Source: Octopus bimaculoides
Lineage: Eukaryota
Direction of reading: 5' to 3'
DNA: 64,000 nucleotides
Assembly: GCF_001194135.2 (NCBI RefSeq)
Contig: NC_068981.1
Coordinates: 60,433,085-60,497,084 of the forward strand
Shown: one piece after another, positions 1 through 13,085 of the stretch
How the letters are laid out: each line of letters opens with the position of its first letter
How positions within the stretch are numbered: the stretch's first letter is position 1
Notes under the pieces: model-generated
The model's input: the letters and a program-made list of their open reading frames with translations, nothing else
The model's database searches: none
What the model was told of the DNA's origin: nothing
Made by a program: the position numbers and the translations under genes

Positions 1-256
1 GGAGTTGGTGGCGAATCCTGCTGTACTCTTTCACCACAACTTCTTCTCACCCTTACTTCCTGTTTCTGTTGTGCCTGTAATTCAAAGGGTCAGCCTTGTC
101 ACACTGTGTCACGTTGAATATCCTCGAGAACTACGTTAAAGGTACACGTGCCTGTGGAGTGCTCAGCCACTTGCACGTTAATTTCACGAGCAAGCTGTTC
201 CGTTGATCGGATCAACTGGAACCCTCGACGTCGTAAGCGACGGAGTGCCAACAACC
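1..256 (+). mobile_element. SINE, 3' part (family also at 38065-38370 and 62890-63170)
   Basis: Shared block GAGAACTACGTTAA.GGTACACGTG...CTCAGCCACTTGCACGTTAATTTCACGAGC..GCTGTTCCGTTGATCG.ATCAACTGGAAC occurs in three copies in the window. Confidence 0.75.
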
Positions 257-314
257 TTCTACCAGTGTCAACAGTTTAAAAGTGTTTAGTTAAAAAAAAT
301 TAATTAAATAAACA

Positions 315-420
315 GTACGCCAAAGTCGACTTCTGCGAAATTTGAACTAAACAAAAGGGTAAACGAAATACCGTTAAGCATTTTGCCCAGCACGCTAACG
401 TTTCTGCCAGCTCGTCACCT
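315..420 (-). mobile_element. tRNA-derived SINE head fragment
   Basis: Reverse complement matches the GGCGAGCTGGCAGAAACGTTAGC...TTCAAATT...GTCGACTTTG head seen at 37355-37815, 44725-45100 and 53170-53365. Confidence 0.65.
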
Positions 421-2771
421 TAGAAATCAAACTTTCACTTTAGAAATATATTCTTTATTCTTATTCTCTAAGCGTTACTCCCTTATTTCCTTACTTACTG
501 ACATGAAATTTCGAAACATTTTACCTCATAATTTTCTTTCTCTGCTAATTTTTGTTCAATGCGACTATCGATTCTGAATTTCTCGTGCATTTTTCTATCA
601 TTTAAGCCTAAGAAAGGTATACTTTTAATTTAAAATTAAAAAAAAAATATGTTAATTGAAGATGAATATCTGCCTCACTCCCCTCCCCCCCCCTTGAGGT
701 CGCAGATGTTTTGCTGTCACTTTTTTCTACTGAACCAAATCTCAAATGTTTTATGCCAAAGTGTAGCTGAGGAGGTGTCCTCTTTAAAACTATTAACCGT
801 TTGCAATTTAGTTGAGAACTGAATTAGTGGTGAAGCTTGGAAGCTGCTGCGATTGACGAAATGGTGGATCTAAGAATATATTCAACCACTACCGTGGTTG
901 AATGATATACGAGATGACAGTATTTTGTCCGGATATTTCGTCATTTAAATTAATGAAGGAAAAAAGCAATACTTTAAAATAGAAGATTTATTAGTGGTGA
1001 CGATTTATTCTTATTTTAATCAACTGTCCAACGTCATAAACACATAATTTCTTCTATTTTCACGCCTAAATATACGGAGTAATGGAATGGATATTTGAGG
1101 TTTCATGTACTAGGCGAAAGCTTTGCGAATCGGTATGTTTCATAACGGTCTAAGATGTGTGCATATTAAAAGCACAGTTAACGCAGAGTCAGCACAATGA
1201 CTGTAGTGAATTTTTATTGTTTGAACCAAAAGAAACAGTATTTTGTTGGCATAAACTCTAGAATTGAAATCGACACATGAATGTAACTTGGAGGGATGTG
1301 AGATCAAAGACGCTTATTGCTCAGAATAAAACATATAGGAAATATACAGCATTTTATTTCGAACTATGAGTTGTGAGCAGCCATGGATTAATGATTAAAT
1401 TTGGTGAAATGTTTGATTAAATATTGCATTTAAGATCTGAGGTTTCTTATAAACCTTTGTGTGGAACGAATTTCAGAGACCTTTAGACTAAATATTTCAC
1501 TTAAAAATGTTGTTCAAGAATGGTATTTCATTGTGAAATGGAAAGCAAAGCATTCTTCTCAAGAAAACCTTCATTATTACAGCATTAACTCATACGTAAA
1601 TCCGTAAACACTTGCACATACATACATGCACACAACATACATACATACATACATACACACACATATATACATACATACATACATACATACATACATACAT
1701 ACATAAAGTTGAAATTGATAGAAAAACAAAAGACGAAGTAAGGTGTATGTACAAGAGGCTCAGGAAAGCGAGAAAGTCTTTCTCGTTTCGATCCTGTGAT
1801 CTTCAACAGAAAGGAATACGAGAAAATAAAGAGAGAGAGAGAGNNNNNNNNNNNNNNNNNNNNNNNNNNNNNNNNNNNNNNNNNNNNNNNNNNNNNNNNN
1901 NNNNNNNNNNNNNNNNNNNNNNNNNNNNNNNNNNNNNNNNNNNNNNNNNNNNNNNNNNNNNNNNNNNNNNNNNNNNNNNNNNNNNNNNNNNNNNNNNNNN
2001 NNNNNNNNGACAGGAGAGTCCCCTTCTTTCTACCCCTCCTGTCAAGCTTTTTTTCCGACCAGTGGTGTGTGTAGTACATAAATATATCGAATGTTTTATG
2101 CAACATATTCGTATTGTCTAGACAACAGGTCGGTGTAGCGATGTTGGATGTTAATGACAAAAAATATTACATAATGGTTTATCCTTCTTTATTAATTAGT
2201 TAATTAATTAATTAATTAATTCGTTCGTTTATTCATTCATTCATTCATTTATTTATTGTGTGTAGAAATTAGCTCTTCAGATATCTGGAAATTTTGGGTT
2301 TAATACTTACTTCTATTTTGGTGCATATGCTCATATAACTCTGAGTCAAATATTTTGGTTATGGCTTCAACAATTGAGATTGCTGAAAGTGTAACATCTA
2401 GAGACATATCATGACGAGCTAAATAAAATAGTTGGTAGCGTGCTCTTTTAGTGTTTTCTATTCATTAAATTATCAGAGTCTCAGAAAGACAGGTTGTGGC
2501 GTTCATTCCAGCTATGTCTGTTCTTTGTTCAGATCCCACCGAATTCAACCTGGCCGTTATCCTTCTCTGGTCGTTGAAGTAAAATACTAGATAATGCTGG
2601 CCAGATTTGTAGATAGTTGCTCTGTGCCAACATGCGTAAGGTTTGTTTTATGTAGTAGACTATACATCTCTACCCAACCGTAGGGCTACGAGGACAGATG
2701 AAGGCATACACCAGTTGGTGTATATGTCAACTCATATAGATATATACACACACTCACTCACAGACGCAGGT

Positions 2772-2821
<50 letters not shown>

Positions 2822-2996
2822 NNNNNNNNNNNNNNNNNNNNNNNNNNNNNNNNNNNNNNNNNNNNNNNNNNNNNNNNNNNNNNNNNNNNNNNNNNNNNNN
2901 NNNNNNNNNNNNNNNNNNNNNNNNNNNNNNNNNNNNNNNNNNNNNNNNNNNNNNNNNNNNNNNNNNNNNNNNNNNNNNNNNNNNNNNNNNNNNNNN

Positions 2997-3092
<96 letters not shown>

Positions 3093-3182
3093 CACATATA
3101 TACATATACATAACGGGTGAGCCAAAAGTCACGTAAAAAGCATTTGATATTTTGTCTATGTTACATTAATACCATTATTATT

Positions 3183-3645
3183 ATTGAGTGCATGCTATGA
3201 AGTGACACTGGGGTATATACGAGGCCCTGTATACTCCTCATGACTACCCGTCTGATAAGGGTACCCCAGGCACATGCATCAGAAACATATATGCTCGTTA
3301 TGGTGATCGCATATCAAGATAAACAGCGCATGACCTTGCACGTGGGGGCCCTTTTAGAATTTTCTTCTGGTCGAGTAGTCCATCCCGCTCAAAAGGTCCC
3401 TAAATAAGGGTCGTGTAAGGATGTTGAGCGAAACATCCATGTTTCCAAAGGTGAATTATTCAAACCACAAAGAAAACATGGCTATGATACTTCCCCACTA
3501 CTTCTGATCTTGATCAGTGATACACATATCGTCAGCCACTAAGGGACCTGCTCAACTGGTTAAGGTGAAGCAAATCTGTGGTACTGAGCAGAATATTTGC
3601 TGTATCCCGTCTTTTTATACTAAATCAAAACATATGGATGATAAC
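3183..3645. repeat. Unclassified ~0.5-kb interspersed repeat, copy 1 (partial)
   Basis: Colinear with 21665-22210 (TGACTACCCGTCTGATAAGGGTAC, CATCCCGCTCAAA.GGTCCCT, GAGCAGAATATTTGCTGTA). Confidence 0.75.
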
Positions 3646-3890
3646 ACTTTTTCACGTTGCTCCAGTTCACTCAGCTGTAGAAATGAGTTGCGACGTCGCA
3701 GGCGTAACGCTGTATTGGTTTTTGCCTTTCCCCTGGATAACACTTGTGGTGTGGAGAGGCGAGGCCGGTATGCATGGGCGACTGCTGGTCTTCCTTAAAC
3801 AACCTTGCCCGGACTTGTGGGAGGGTAACTTTCTAGGTGCAATCGCATCGTCAGTCATGACCGAAGGGGGGGTCTCAGTATTATTACTAC

Positions 3891-3931
<41 letters not shown>

Positions 3932-3932
<1 letters not shown>

Positions 3933-4321
3933 GGTTCAGTAGTTTTAGTTTTATAACGTGCTTTCACTTCACTACCGAGCGCAGCTCTGTGCGCCTTGGG
4001 TATGTGCTGTGGTTTGCTGTGGTGTTCTTATGGTTGCTGTATTGAAAGTGTTTTGCGTAGGATGTGTGCAGTGCACAGTAGTGCAATTTTCTATATGTTA
4101 TGTATATTTGTAAGTCCTGGTGTTTTTGTTATGTATTTGTCTGAATATTTTTTTTATTATACCTAAGGCACCTACTATGATAGGAATTGTTTCTGTTATT
4201 AGATTCCACATTCGAGTTACCTCTATTTCCAGGTCTTTGTATTTTGAAAGTTTTTCCATTTCTTTTAGAGAAACGTTGTCATCTGCTGGTATTGATACAT
4301 CAATTAGAAAGCATTTTTTTC

Positions 4322-4327
<6 letters not shown>
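3932..4327 (-). mobile_element. 5'-truncated R4/Dong-type non-LTR retrotransposon (restriction-like endonuclease C-terminus and 3' UTR)
   Basis: KCFLIDVSIPADDNVSLKEMEKLSKYKDLEIEVTRMWNLITETIPIIVGALG...TAHILRK; bounded by (AAT)n on both sides. Confidence 0.85.
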
Positions 4328-4379
<52 letters not shown>

Positions 4380-4380
4380 T

Positions 4381-4862
4381 GTTTGTTTGACTTTTGCTTT
4401 TGTATTTTTGTACAAGTTGACACCAAGTCTCACTCAGAGACCTCAAGAGAAAACAAGTTAGAAGTTCAAGTTGGTATTATGCCTAGGGTGTCATATATTT
4501 GGTTTTGTACATAGTATTGTTCTAGAGAATGTTTAAGAAAAAATTAAAAATTATGAGATTGTTTTAAAATTTGAGATTACATAGACAGTATTTTACGAAG
4601 GATATGGGCAGTTCCCATAAACACTATCTTTTGACTTTCTGCCATTTTGGAGTTACATGGTATCTGAGCCAGGTAGGAATCAATCCCTTTTGCTATCATT
4701 CCTAGGGTATCTATGACAACAAGTAATGTTTTAATTCTTGATATTCCACATTTTGCCAATTTCTACTACAAGACCTTTATACTTGCTCAGTTTTTGGTAT
4801 GTATTGACAGATACATTTATGTCGATTGGGACAATCATATCAATGAGGAGGCATGATTTTTA
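4381..4862 (-). mobile_element. Second 5'-truncated R4/Dong-type copy, in tandem with the first
   Basis: SCLLIDMIVPIDINVSVNTYQKLSKYKGLVVEIGKMW...GTAHILRKILSM*; bounded by (AAT)n. Confidence 0.8.
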
Positions 4863-4875
4863 TATTATTATTATG

Positions 4876-4938
<63 letters not shown>

Positions 4939-4958
4939 TTTGTTCAGTNNNNNNNNNN

Positions 4959-5011
<53 letters not shown>

Positions 5012-5072
5012 ATGTATATATATCTCTCTCTCTATCATTCTCTCTCTCTCTATATATATATATGTATGTATG

Positions 5073-5147
<75 letters not shown>

Positions 5148-5163
5148 ATATATATACACATAT

Positions 5164-5270
5164 ATAAGTATCCGGACTATTACTATAGTAATGAAGCTAA
5201 AACATACAGAGTGAAGTCGCTTGGCACAAATTGACCTTGAACTCTGCTTTACATGCGCACTAAGTTTTAA
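5164..5270 (+). mobile_element. Mariner left-end fragment
   Basis: ATAAGTATCCGGACTATT.C.ATAGTAA...GCACTAAGTTTTAA matches the end at 26289-26410. Confidence 0.6.
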
Positions 5271-5998
5271 CGTATGTATATATGTATGTATATATATGTG
5301 TGTGTGTGTGTATAAGTATATATATATATATACATGTATATATTAATGATTTTGTGCTTGTGTGCATATACGAAATAAGTACAGAACAGTGAATCGATTT
5401 AAAATTGATAGCATATACATTAAACCAATTAAATATATATATATATGTATATATATAATTATACATATATATATATACATACACATATATGTGTTTATTG
5501 TGATAATTTCATCCTTAATTCTATTTTTTTCCGTTTCTTTTTAAAATACACATATATCAACATTTCACATAAACAAAATTTGAGTAAGCACCAAAAATCC
5601 ATTGGAAAAAATATGCCTGAAACTTAAATTTGGCCCCCTATCTACAGGCATATTCAATAACAATAATAGTATACAAACAAAAAAGCTTCTTAATAGACGC
5701 ATCAACATTAATTTAGTCATCATAAATTCTTTCATAGTTAATGCTTGCTGTCAATTATTTAAAAGGTTTCCGTATATGAGTAGATTCTATAACAGCATTT
5801 TTATGATATAAATAAATATCTTTTGCTTCAAATTCTGTCAACGGGTGTTTTTTCAAATTTTCATATTTTTTAAAAGTTTGATTGTTTTTTTCATTCAAGA
5901 ATTAGAAAATATATTCAGGTTTTTAGTATACATATTGATACACCTATAATTTTATCTGTGGTCATCAGTGTTTGTCTGTTTACAATGTTGTTCTTGGC

Positions 5999-6032
<34 letters not shown>

Positions 6033-6093
6033 NNNNNNNNNNNNNNNNNNNNNNNNNNNNNNNNNNNNNNNNNNNNNNNNNNNNNNNNNNNNN

Positions 6094-6141
<48 letters not shown>

Positions 6142-6263
6142 AATATATATATATATACATATACAAATATATGCATATAGATATTTAAACATATATATAC
6201 ATATATATATATATATGTGTTTATATAAATGTGCGTATATATGTATGCGCATATATGTATGCA

Positions 6264-6296
<33 letters not shown>

Positions 6297-7158
6297 GTGT
6301 ATGCATTTACAAATAAACATGCATACACAGATATACACACGTGTACATACATAGATATGGTAGTGTCTCACATATATAATATTGTGAATCGTTTAACAGT
6401 TAACTATTATTGTCCATGTAATTTGAAGACGAATATATCTCTTTTGGCGTGTTTGAATATATTTTGAAAGAATAAACAAGCCAGCTAACTCTACTAAAGC
6501 CTGTCAGCTGTAACATTTGGAAAATATAGACTTTTGAGGTGGGAATTGATTTGGTTCACTCCAATCTACACAATTTCCAAAATTTTCATTTGATTGATTT
6601 TTATGGAGCTATCACTTATGCTTGCTGTTTTTAGATCTTTCTGAACCATTAGAGACAATGTCTTTTTATTAAAGTGGAATAATTCTGCAATGTCAGTTAT
6701 TCAAAATCTTGTTTTCCACTCAATATATTGTATATGTGAAACCGTACCATATTTTATTTAATATGCAGAGGACATCCCTGAGGTGTCTTCCCTCTCCCAC
6801 GTTGTTGATATATATNNNNNNNNNNNNNNNNNNNNNNNNNNNNNNNNNNNNNNNNNNNNNNNNNNNNNNNNNNNNNNNNNNNNNNNNNNNNNNNNNNNNN
6901 NNNNNNNNNNNNNNNNNNNNNNNNNNNNNNNNNNNNNNNNNNNNNNNNNNNNNNNNNNNNNNNNNNNNNNNNNNNNNNNNNNNNNNNNNNNNNNNNNNNN
7001 NNNNNNNNNNNNNNNNNNNNNNNNNNNNNNNNNNNNNNNNNNNNNNNNNNNNNNNNNNNNNNNNNNNNNNNNNNNNNNNNNNNNNNNNNNNNNNNNNNNN
7101 NNNNNNNNNNNNNNNNNNNNNNNNNNNNNNNNNNNNNNNNNNNNNNNNNNNNNNNNNN

Positions 7159-7205
<47 letters not shown>

Positions 7206-7361
7206 TTACACATAGATGTTTTTGTATATGTATGTGTGGGTATGTGTGGGTATAAGTTTGTGCGTGGAATCCATGAATTCACGTATTCAATGAATATATA
7301 GACAATGGTTGCGAGTTCACATTCGTCGCTTTCTTTAATATTGATTGTATTAATATTATTA

Positions 7362-8376
7362 TTAGGATGATGATGGTGATCCCCTTAAAGAGATAGTTGG
7401 ACAATCAGATTTCTTACTAAGTGATGCATGACCGTTTGTGTAAAAGCAAAGCATAGCCGCTAATGTTTCACGGAAATATTTGTTCATAACGCAATATAGT
7501 ATGAAATTAGCCGAGAAGTTCAAGGCTTGCATGAAATTTGTAATATCCCGTATGACATCGGACAGGGCACTGTCGACACTGGCTAAATGGAAGGAGAATT
7601 TAAGTATCTCAGATGGAGAAACTAGTACAAGAAACATGACTACAATGGAGACAAGGGTGGCAGTAACGCTGTTTAAGGCTGTATCTGTATGGCGTCGTCG
7701 ATGTGTTACTGACTGAGAACGCATTGAACGGCCTTCGGTTCTAAGGTGAACTTCGATTTCTGCTCCTCGTATTAGTTTATCATCACGAAAAATGGAGTTG
7801 TTTTCAGGGCGCAGTGACAGTTCAGTCGATGAGGCGTTACCAATACCACCAACTGTTGATGTACATCCACTATGTGATTTTGGCTTGTGACGATGGCTGG
7901 AATATGATGAATTGCGATTTATAGTGCCGCGTCGTTCTTCATTCAAAGGTGCCATATTCATTCGCAATTTCTTCGCTTTCTTTATACTGTAAATCAAACA
8001 AGTGTTAAAATAGATTAGTAGGCCACACGGCACTAGATCGAATAGGACAGACCAGCAAAGTCGGCGTATGACAATAACTCCTTCATCAAAGTGCTTATTA
8101 ATTTTATAAAACTCTTGTCCCTCAGATTCCTCCACCTCAATCTTATGCTCCATGAATAAAGGAGTGGTTGCCAGGGCGCAACCGACAAATACCATTGTAA
8201 TGATAATTCGCGTCCGCCGCAGCGATATAATGCGTCGTGCCTTGAAAGGGTGACAGACTGCCAAATACCGCTCCGCCGCCATGTAAACAATCATCATGGT
8301 GCTTGCAATTATGAAAATAGTGATGGACGGACTCAACAAGAATTGGATGTAGAGTAATATGCTTCTGCTCTTGTAG
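7362..8376 (-). CDS. Same GPCR, coding exon 2: TM3-TM7 and C-tail
   Basis: Polypyrimidine acceptor TTCTTGTTTTCTTTCTCGTTCCAG| (AG at 8378-8377), phase 2; TG+C gives Cys and the join reads ...VPRHK-C-YKSRS.... Motifs: AERY(LAVCHP), TM4, TM5 (DLVPCGLLIYFN), long ICL3, TM6 (FLVLVSP), TM7 (NFSANFILY), helix 8 (YFRETL). D2.50 to R3.50 spacing after the join is 54 residues, which is normal. Total 1308 nt = 435 aa plus stop. Confidence 0.92.
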
Positions 8377-8792
8377 CTGGAACGAGAAAGAAAACAAGAA
8401 TCATATGTATATATACATATATATACGTTCATGTATTTGCTTTGAAAGATTCATGATATAATCGTGTGTTGAAGCAGATATTGTTATATTTGGGGATAGT
8501 TATATTTTGCCACTTAAACATACGCACAATATATTTGATTCTTACTTCGGCTTTATTGTTATTTTAGTTTATTTGTCAAAGATCTTCCGTTACACACAAA
8601 GATAAAATGACATAAGCATAACCAGAAAAGACATGCGCGATAAAGAATCTCTGAAGAGGTCACAGGATGCGTAACGAAACAGGTTTGACAAAGAAACTAA
8701 AATAATAATAAAGCTGAAGTGTTTAATTCGCAAAATATGACCGTTCCCAGTTATAACAAGGTCATACACATACACACAAATATATACAATGT

Positions 8793-8831
<39 letters not shown>

Positions 8832-11664
8832 NNNNNNNNNNNNNNNNNNNNNNNNNNNNNNNNNNNNNNNNNNNNNNNNNNNNNNNNNNNNNNNNNNNNN
8901 NNNNNNNNNNNNNNNNNNNNNNNNNNNNNNNNNNNNNNNNNNNNNNNNNNNNNNNNNNNNNNNNNNNNNNNNNNNNNNNNNNNNNNNNNNNNNNNNNNNN
9001 NNNNNNNNNNNNNNNNNNNNNNNNNNNNNNNNNNNNNNNNNNNNNNNNNNNNNNNNNNNNNNNNNNNNNNNNNNNNNNNNNNNNNNNNNNNNNNNNNNNN
9101 NNNNNNNNNNNNNNNNNNNNNNNNNNNNNNNNNNNNNNNNNNNNNNNNNNNNNNNNNNNNNNNNNNNNNNNNNNNNNNNNNNNNNNNNNNNNNNNNNNNN
9201 NNNNNNNNNNNNNNNNNNNNNNNNNNNNNNNNNNNNNNNNNNNNNNNNNNNNNNNNNNNNNNNNNNNNNNNNNNNNNNNNNNNNNNNNNNNNNNNNNNNN
9301 NNNNNNNNNNNNNNNNNNNNNNNNNNNNNNNNNNNNNNNNNNNNNNNNNNNNNNNNNNNNNNNNNNNNNNNNNNNNNNNNNNNNNNNNNNNNNNNNNNNN
9401 NNNNNNNNNNNNNNNNNNNNNNNNNNNNNNNNNNNNNNNNNNNNNNNNNNNNGTTGCGTACTACTTTCGTATGTATATAAATAAATTCATTTAAAAACAA
9501 TTACAAGTCTTTCAAATTCAGGTGCATTTTCAAAAACAAATTCTCCTATATTTTTTTCTGCGTAGAAATACACCCTTCTTTCCATACACACACACACACA
9601 CACACACACATACACACACACACACACATACACACACACTCTCTCTCTCTCTCTCTCTCTCTCCCTCTCTCTCTCTCCCTCTCTCTCTCCTTCTCCCCCT
9701 CTCTCTCTCATACACACACACGCAGTTTATAGATCTAATAGACGTATGATCAACAAAGTAATCCATCCGGTGAGAGATAATATGAATTTAAAACAACGGA
9801 AAGCGCTTCTAATAATTTCATGCTTGTATGATACTTGCGCAGGCATATTTATAAAATACACTGTGTATCTTAAAGCAATTTTTCAGGTTCTGTTTATGCG
9901 TTATATATATTTAAAAAACAAGGACGCTAGACAGTGAGAAAATAAGAAAAAATGTGGAAAAAAATAGGTCTCAGACAACGATCTCATTTCTGTCAACACC
10001 TCAAATGTAAAACTCCTTCCATGAAAACGCAGGCTGTTATTATTTTGAACCACCAAGCTCCAAGAAACAGCCTTTTAGACTCGTAAAACTCTTATGCAAC
10101 TCCTTTAATTCCTGATATCATTTCTATTCTGTGTAAGTCGGGCATTTTTATATGTAAATATATGTAAATTCTTTGTATTAAAGGTATTTAATATGTTTTG
10201 TTTATCGACTTGCTTATCTTTACATTTACTCCTCCATCTGCTCAAGTTTAAACTTCTGGAGCACTACGAAGTGTATTCTATACGGAGAATATCTGTCTCT
10301 CATATATATATATTTATATATATATATAGGTTCAGATGAATATGGTGCTTAAGTTGAAACACGAGAGTTTAGTACGGTATTCTCTATACAATTTCAAAAT
10401 AAGGTGATTAAAAGCAAAATAAGCAATAAAGATATCCAGAGGTAATGCAGTACGATCGTTTCACGCAACTCCATTTAATTGAACAATCCAACCATTACAT
10501 TAATTTAAATGCAGAGCAATCCTCAGCTGCACAATGACATAGAATTTAATTGAATTAAAAAACACATTAGTATAATTTTACTTAGAATTTCCATGACTTT
10601 TGTGTATTTATTTGACTGCAACGGAATACCAGTTCAAGCCAGGGCTGGAGTACGGTGGAACCCATTTTGTTCCTGCCGAGGATTCTGTGTTTCTCATTTA
10701 AAAAAAAAAAAATTCTTTTTCTTTACTNNNNNNNNNNNNNNNNNNNNNNNNNNNNNNNNNNNNNNNNNNNNNNNNNNNNNNNNNNNNNNNNNNNNNNNNN
10801 NNNNNNNNNNNNNNNNNNNNNNNNNNNNNNNNNNNNNNNNNNNNNNNNNNNNNNNNNNNNNNNNNNNNNNNNNNNNNNNNNNNNNNNNNNNNNNNNNNNN
10901 NNNNNNNNNNNNNNNNNNNNNNNNNNNNNNNNNNNNNNNNNNNNNNNNNNNNNNNNNNNNNNNNNNNNNNNNNNNNNNNNNNNNNNNNNNNNNNNNNNNN
11001 NNNNNNNNNNNNNNNNNNNNNNNNNNNNNNNNNNNNNNNNNNNNNNNNNNNNNNNNNNNNNNNNNNNNNNNNNNNNNNNNNNNNNNNNNNNNNNNNNNNN
11101 NNNNNNNNNNNNNNNNNNNNNNNNNNNNNNNNNNNNNNNNNNNNNNNNNNNNNNNNNNNNNNNNNNNNNNNNNNNNNNNNNNNNNNNNNNNNNNNNNNNN
11201 NNNNNNNNNNNNNNNNNNNNNNNNNNNNNNNNNNNNNNNNNNNNNNNNNNNNNNNNNNNNNNNNNNNNNNNNNNNNNNNNNNNNNNNNNNNNNNNNNNNN
11301 NNNNNNNNNNNNNNNNNNNNNNNNNNNNNNNNNNNNNNNNNNNNNNNNNNNNNNNNNNNNNNNNNNNNNNNNNNNNNNNNNNNNNNNNNNNNNNNNNNNN
11401 NNNNNNNNNNNNNNNNNNNNNNNNNNNNNNNNNNNNNNNNNNNNNNNNNNNNNNNNNNNNNNNNNNNNNNNNNNNNNNNNNNNNNNNNNNNNNNNNNNNN
11501 NNNNNNNNNNNNNNNNNNNNNNNNNNNNNNNNNNNNNNNNNNNNNNNNNNNNNNNNNNNNNNNNNNNNNNNNNNNNNNNNNNNNNNNNNNNNNNNNNNNN
11601 NNNNNNNNNNNNNNNNNNNNNNNNNNNNNNNNNNNNNNNNNNNNNNNNNNNNNNNNNNNNNNNA

Positions 11665-12200
11665 GTGTCACCTGTGCCTGGAGCCTGTCCGCATTAAGAA
11701 AAACTGTCCCCAGGATCAGAGTAGAGTCCTGGAGCAGTTAATAAACGTAGTCCCCCCCCCGATCCCCCACTAGAGGGAGAGACGAAGGAAGTCGAGGAGG
11801 TGGAAACCTCCTCGAAGAAAGGAAAAAATGAAAGAAGGTGGGCAACAATGGTTTGGGAGGTGGGGGAGAGACTCCGGACAAAGCGGAAGAGCTCCACTCT
11901 CCCGAAGTCAGGAAGAAAAGAAAAAAAATGGAGAAGAACGGGTCATTGCAGGTGGACGATGATGTGCCGTCTGCATGTCCCCAAGTAGTGCCACCTACGG
12001 TGGAAGCGGCGACCCCCAACCCAGAGGATGAAGAATTACTTATCTCTAGGGAGATGGAAAAAATGGTAGAAGAACATAAAGAGACATTAGATATGGCCTG
12101 CACACGGGATCCAGAATGGCCTCTGCAGATAGCTGTGGAGGTCATAAGGATGTCCGTGTGGGAAAAGCTTAGAATACTTAAAGACGATCGTCGCATATGA
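11665..12200 (+). mobile_element. ORF1 (gag-like) C-terminal remnant of a LINE, probably Tx1/L1-type
   Basis: CHLCLEPVRIKKNCP has CX2CX4(H>R)X4C zinc-knuckle spacing, followed by frameshifted charged low-complexity sequence; GC content is above that of the flanks. Confidence 0.5.
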
Positions 12201-12632
12201 CCAGTTGACCCTAACATGACATATGCCTTGTACATGAACGAGGCATGAGAAATAGTGGGGTACGGGAACTCAAGCGGCACGGAAGATAATGATAGTTATA
12301 TTGATGGATATATCGATGAATAGGAGGTGAAAAAATCTCATTAAGAGGGTTTGAAACAGCATCTTATTGCATTATTTGTAGTGGTTTAAAACCTTAATTG
12401 TGTTTAAAAAAATGTGTTAAGTAAGAAGTTTTAGTGCCTCCTTTTTGTAAGAGGTTTGAAACCTCATTGATCTTTTTAAAAAAGAAAATATGTTTTCGAG
12501 AAAAACCCAATAAGCGGGCGTTGGGTTTCGTCTCTCGTTTATTCATTTATGTCATTTCATTTTCATTCATTAATGTATTGTCGAGCCCGCAGCTACTCTC
12601 TGTATTGCCTTTATGGCAAATAAAATGAAATA

Positions 12633-13085
12633 AAGTAGCTTGCTTATCAACCACATGCTTCCGGGTACAGTCCCACTGCGTGGCACCTTGGGCAAGTGTC
12701 TTCTACTATAGCCTCGGGCCGACCAAAGCCTTTTGAGTGGATTTGGTTGACGGAAACTGAAAGAAGCCTGTCGCATATNNNNNNNNNNNNNNNNNNNNNN
12801 NNNNNNNNNNNNNNNNNNNNNNNNNNNNNNNNNNNNNNNNNNNNTATATATATATATATATTCGTATAAATGTGTGTGTTTGTGTGTCTTTGCTTGGTCC
12901 CCTACCATCGCTTGACAGTCGATGCTGGTGTGTTTACGTCCCCGTAACTTAGCGGTTCGGCAAAAGAGACCGATAGAATAAGTACTAGGCTTACAAAGAA
13001 TAAGTCCTGGGGTCGACTTGTGCGATTAAAGGCAGTGCTCCAGCATGGCCGCAGTCAAATGACTGAAACAAGTAAAAAGAAAAGG
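12633..13085 (+). mobile_element. tRNA-derived SINE with internal microsatellite/gap
   Basis: Head CCGGGTACAGTCCCACTGCGTGGCACCTTGGGCAAG and tail GTCCCCGTAACTTAGCGGTTCGGCAAAAGAGACCGATAG...GACTGAAACAAGT; related to 32683-33025 and 55778-55938. Confidence 0.8.

Noticed and set aside
8719-11773. Long ORFs of 230-380 aa (also at 30960-32237, 40656-42560, 27153-27888, 49019-49688 and others)
   Set aside because: They are open only because they run through N gaps translated as X.
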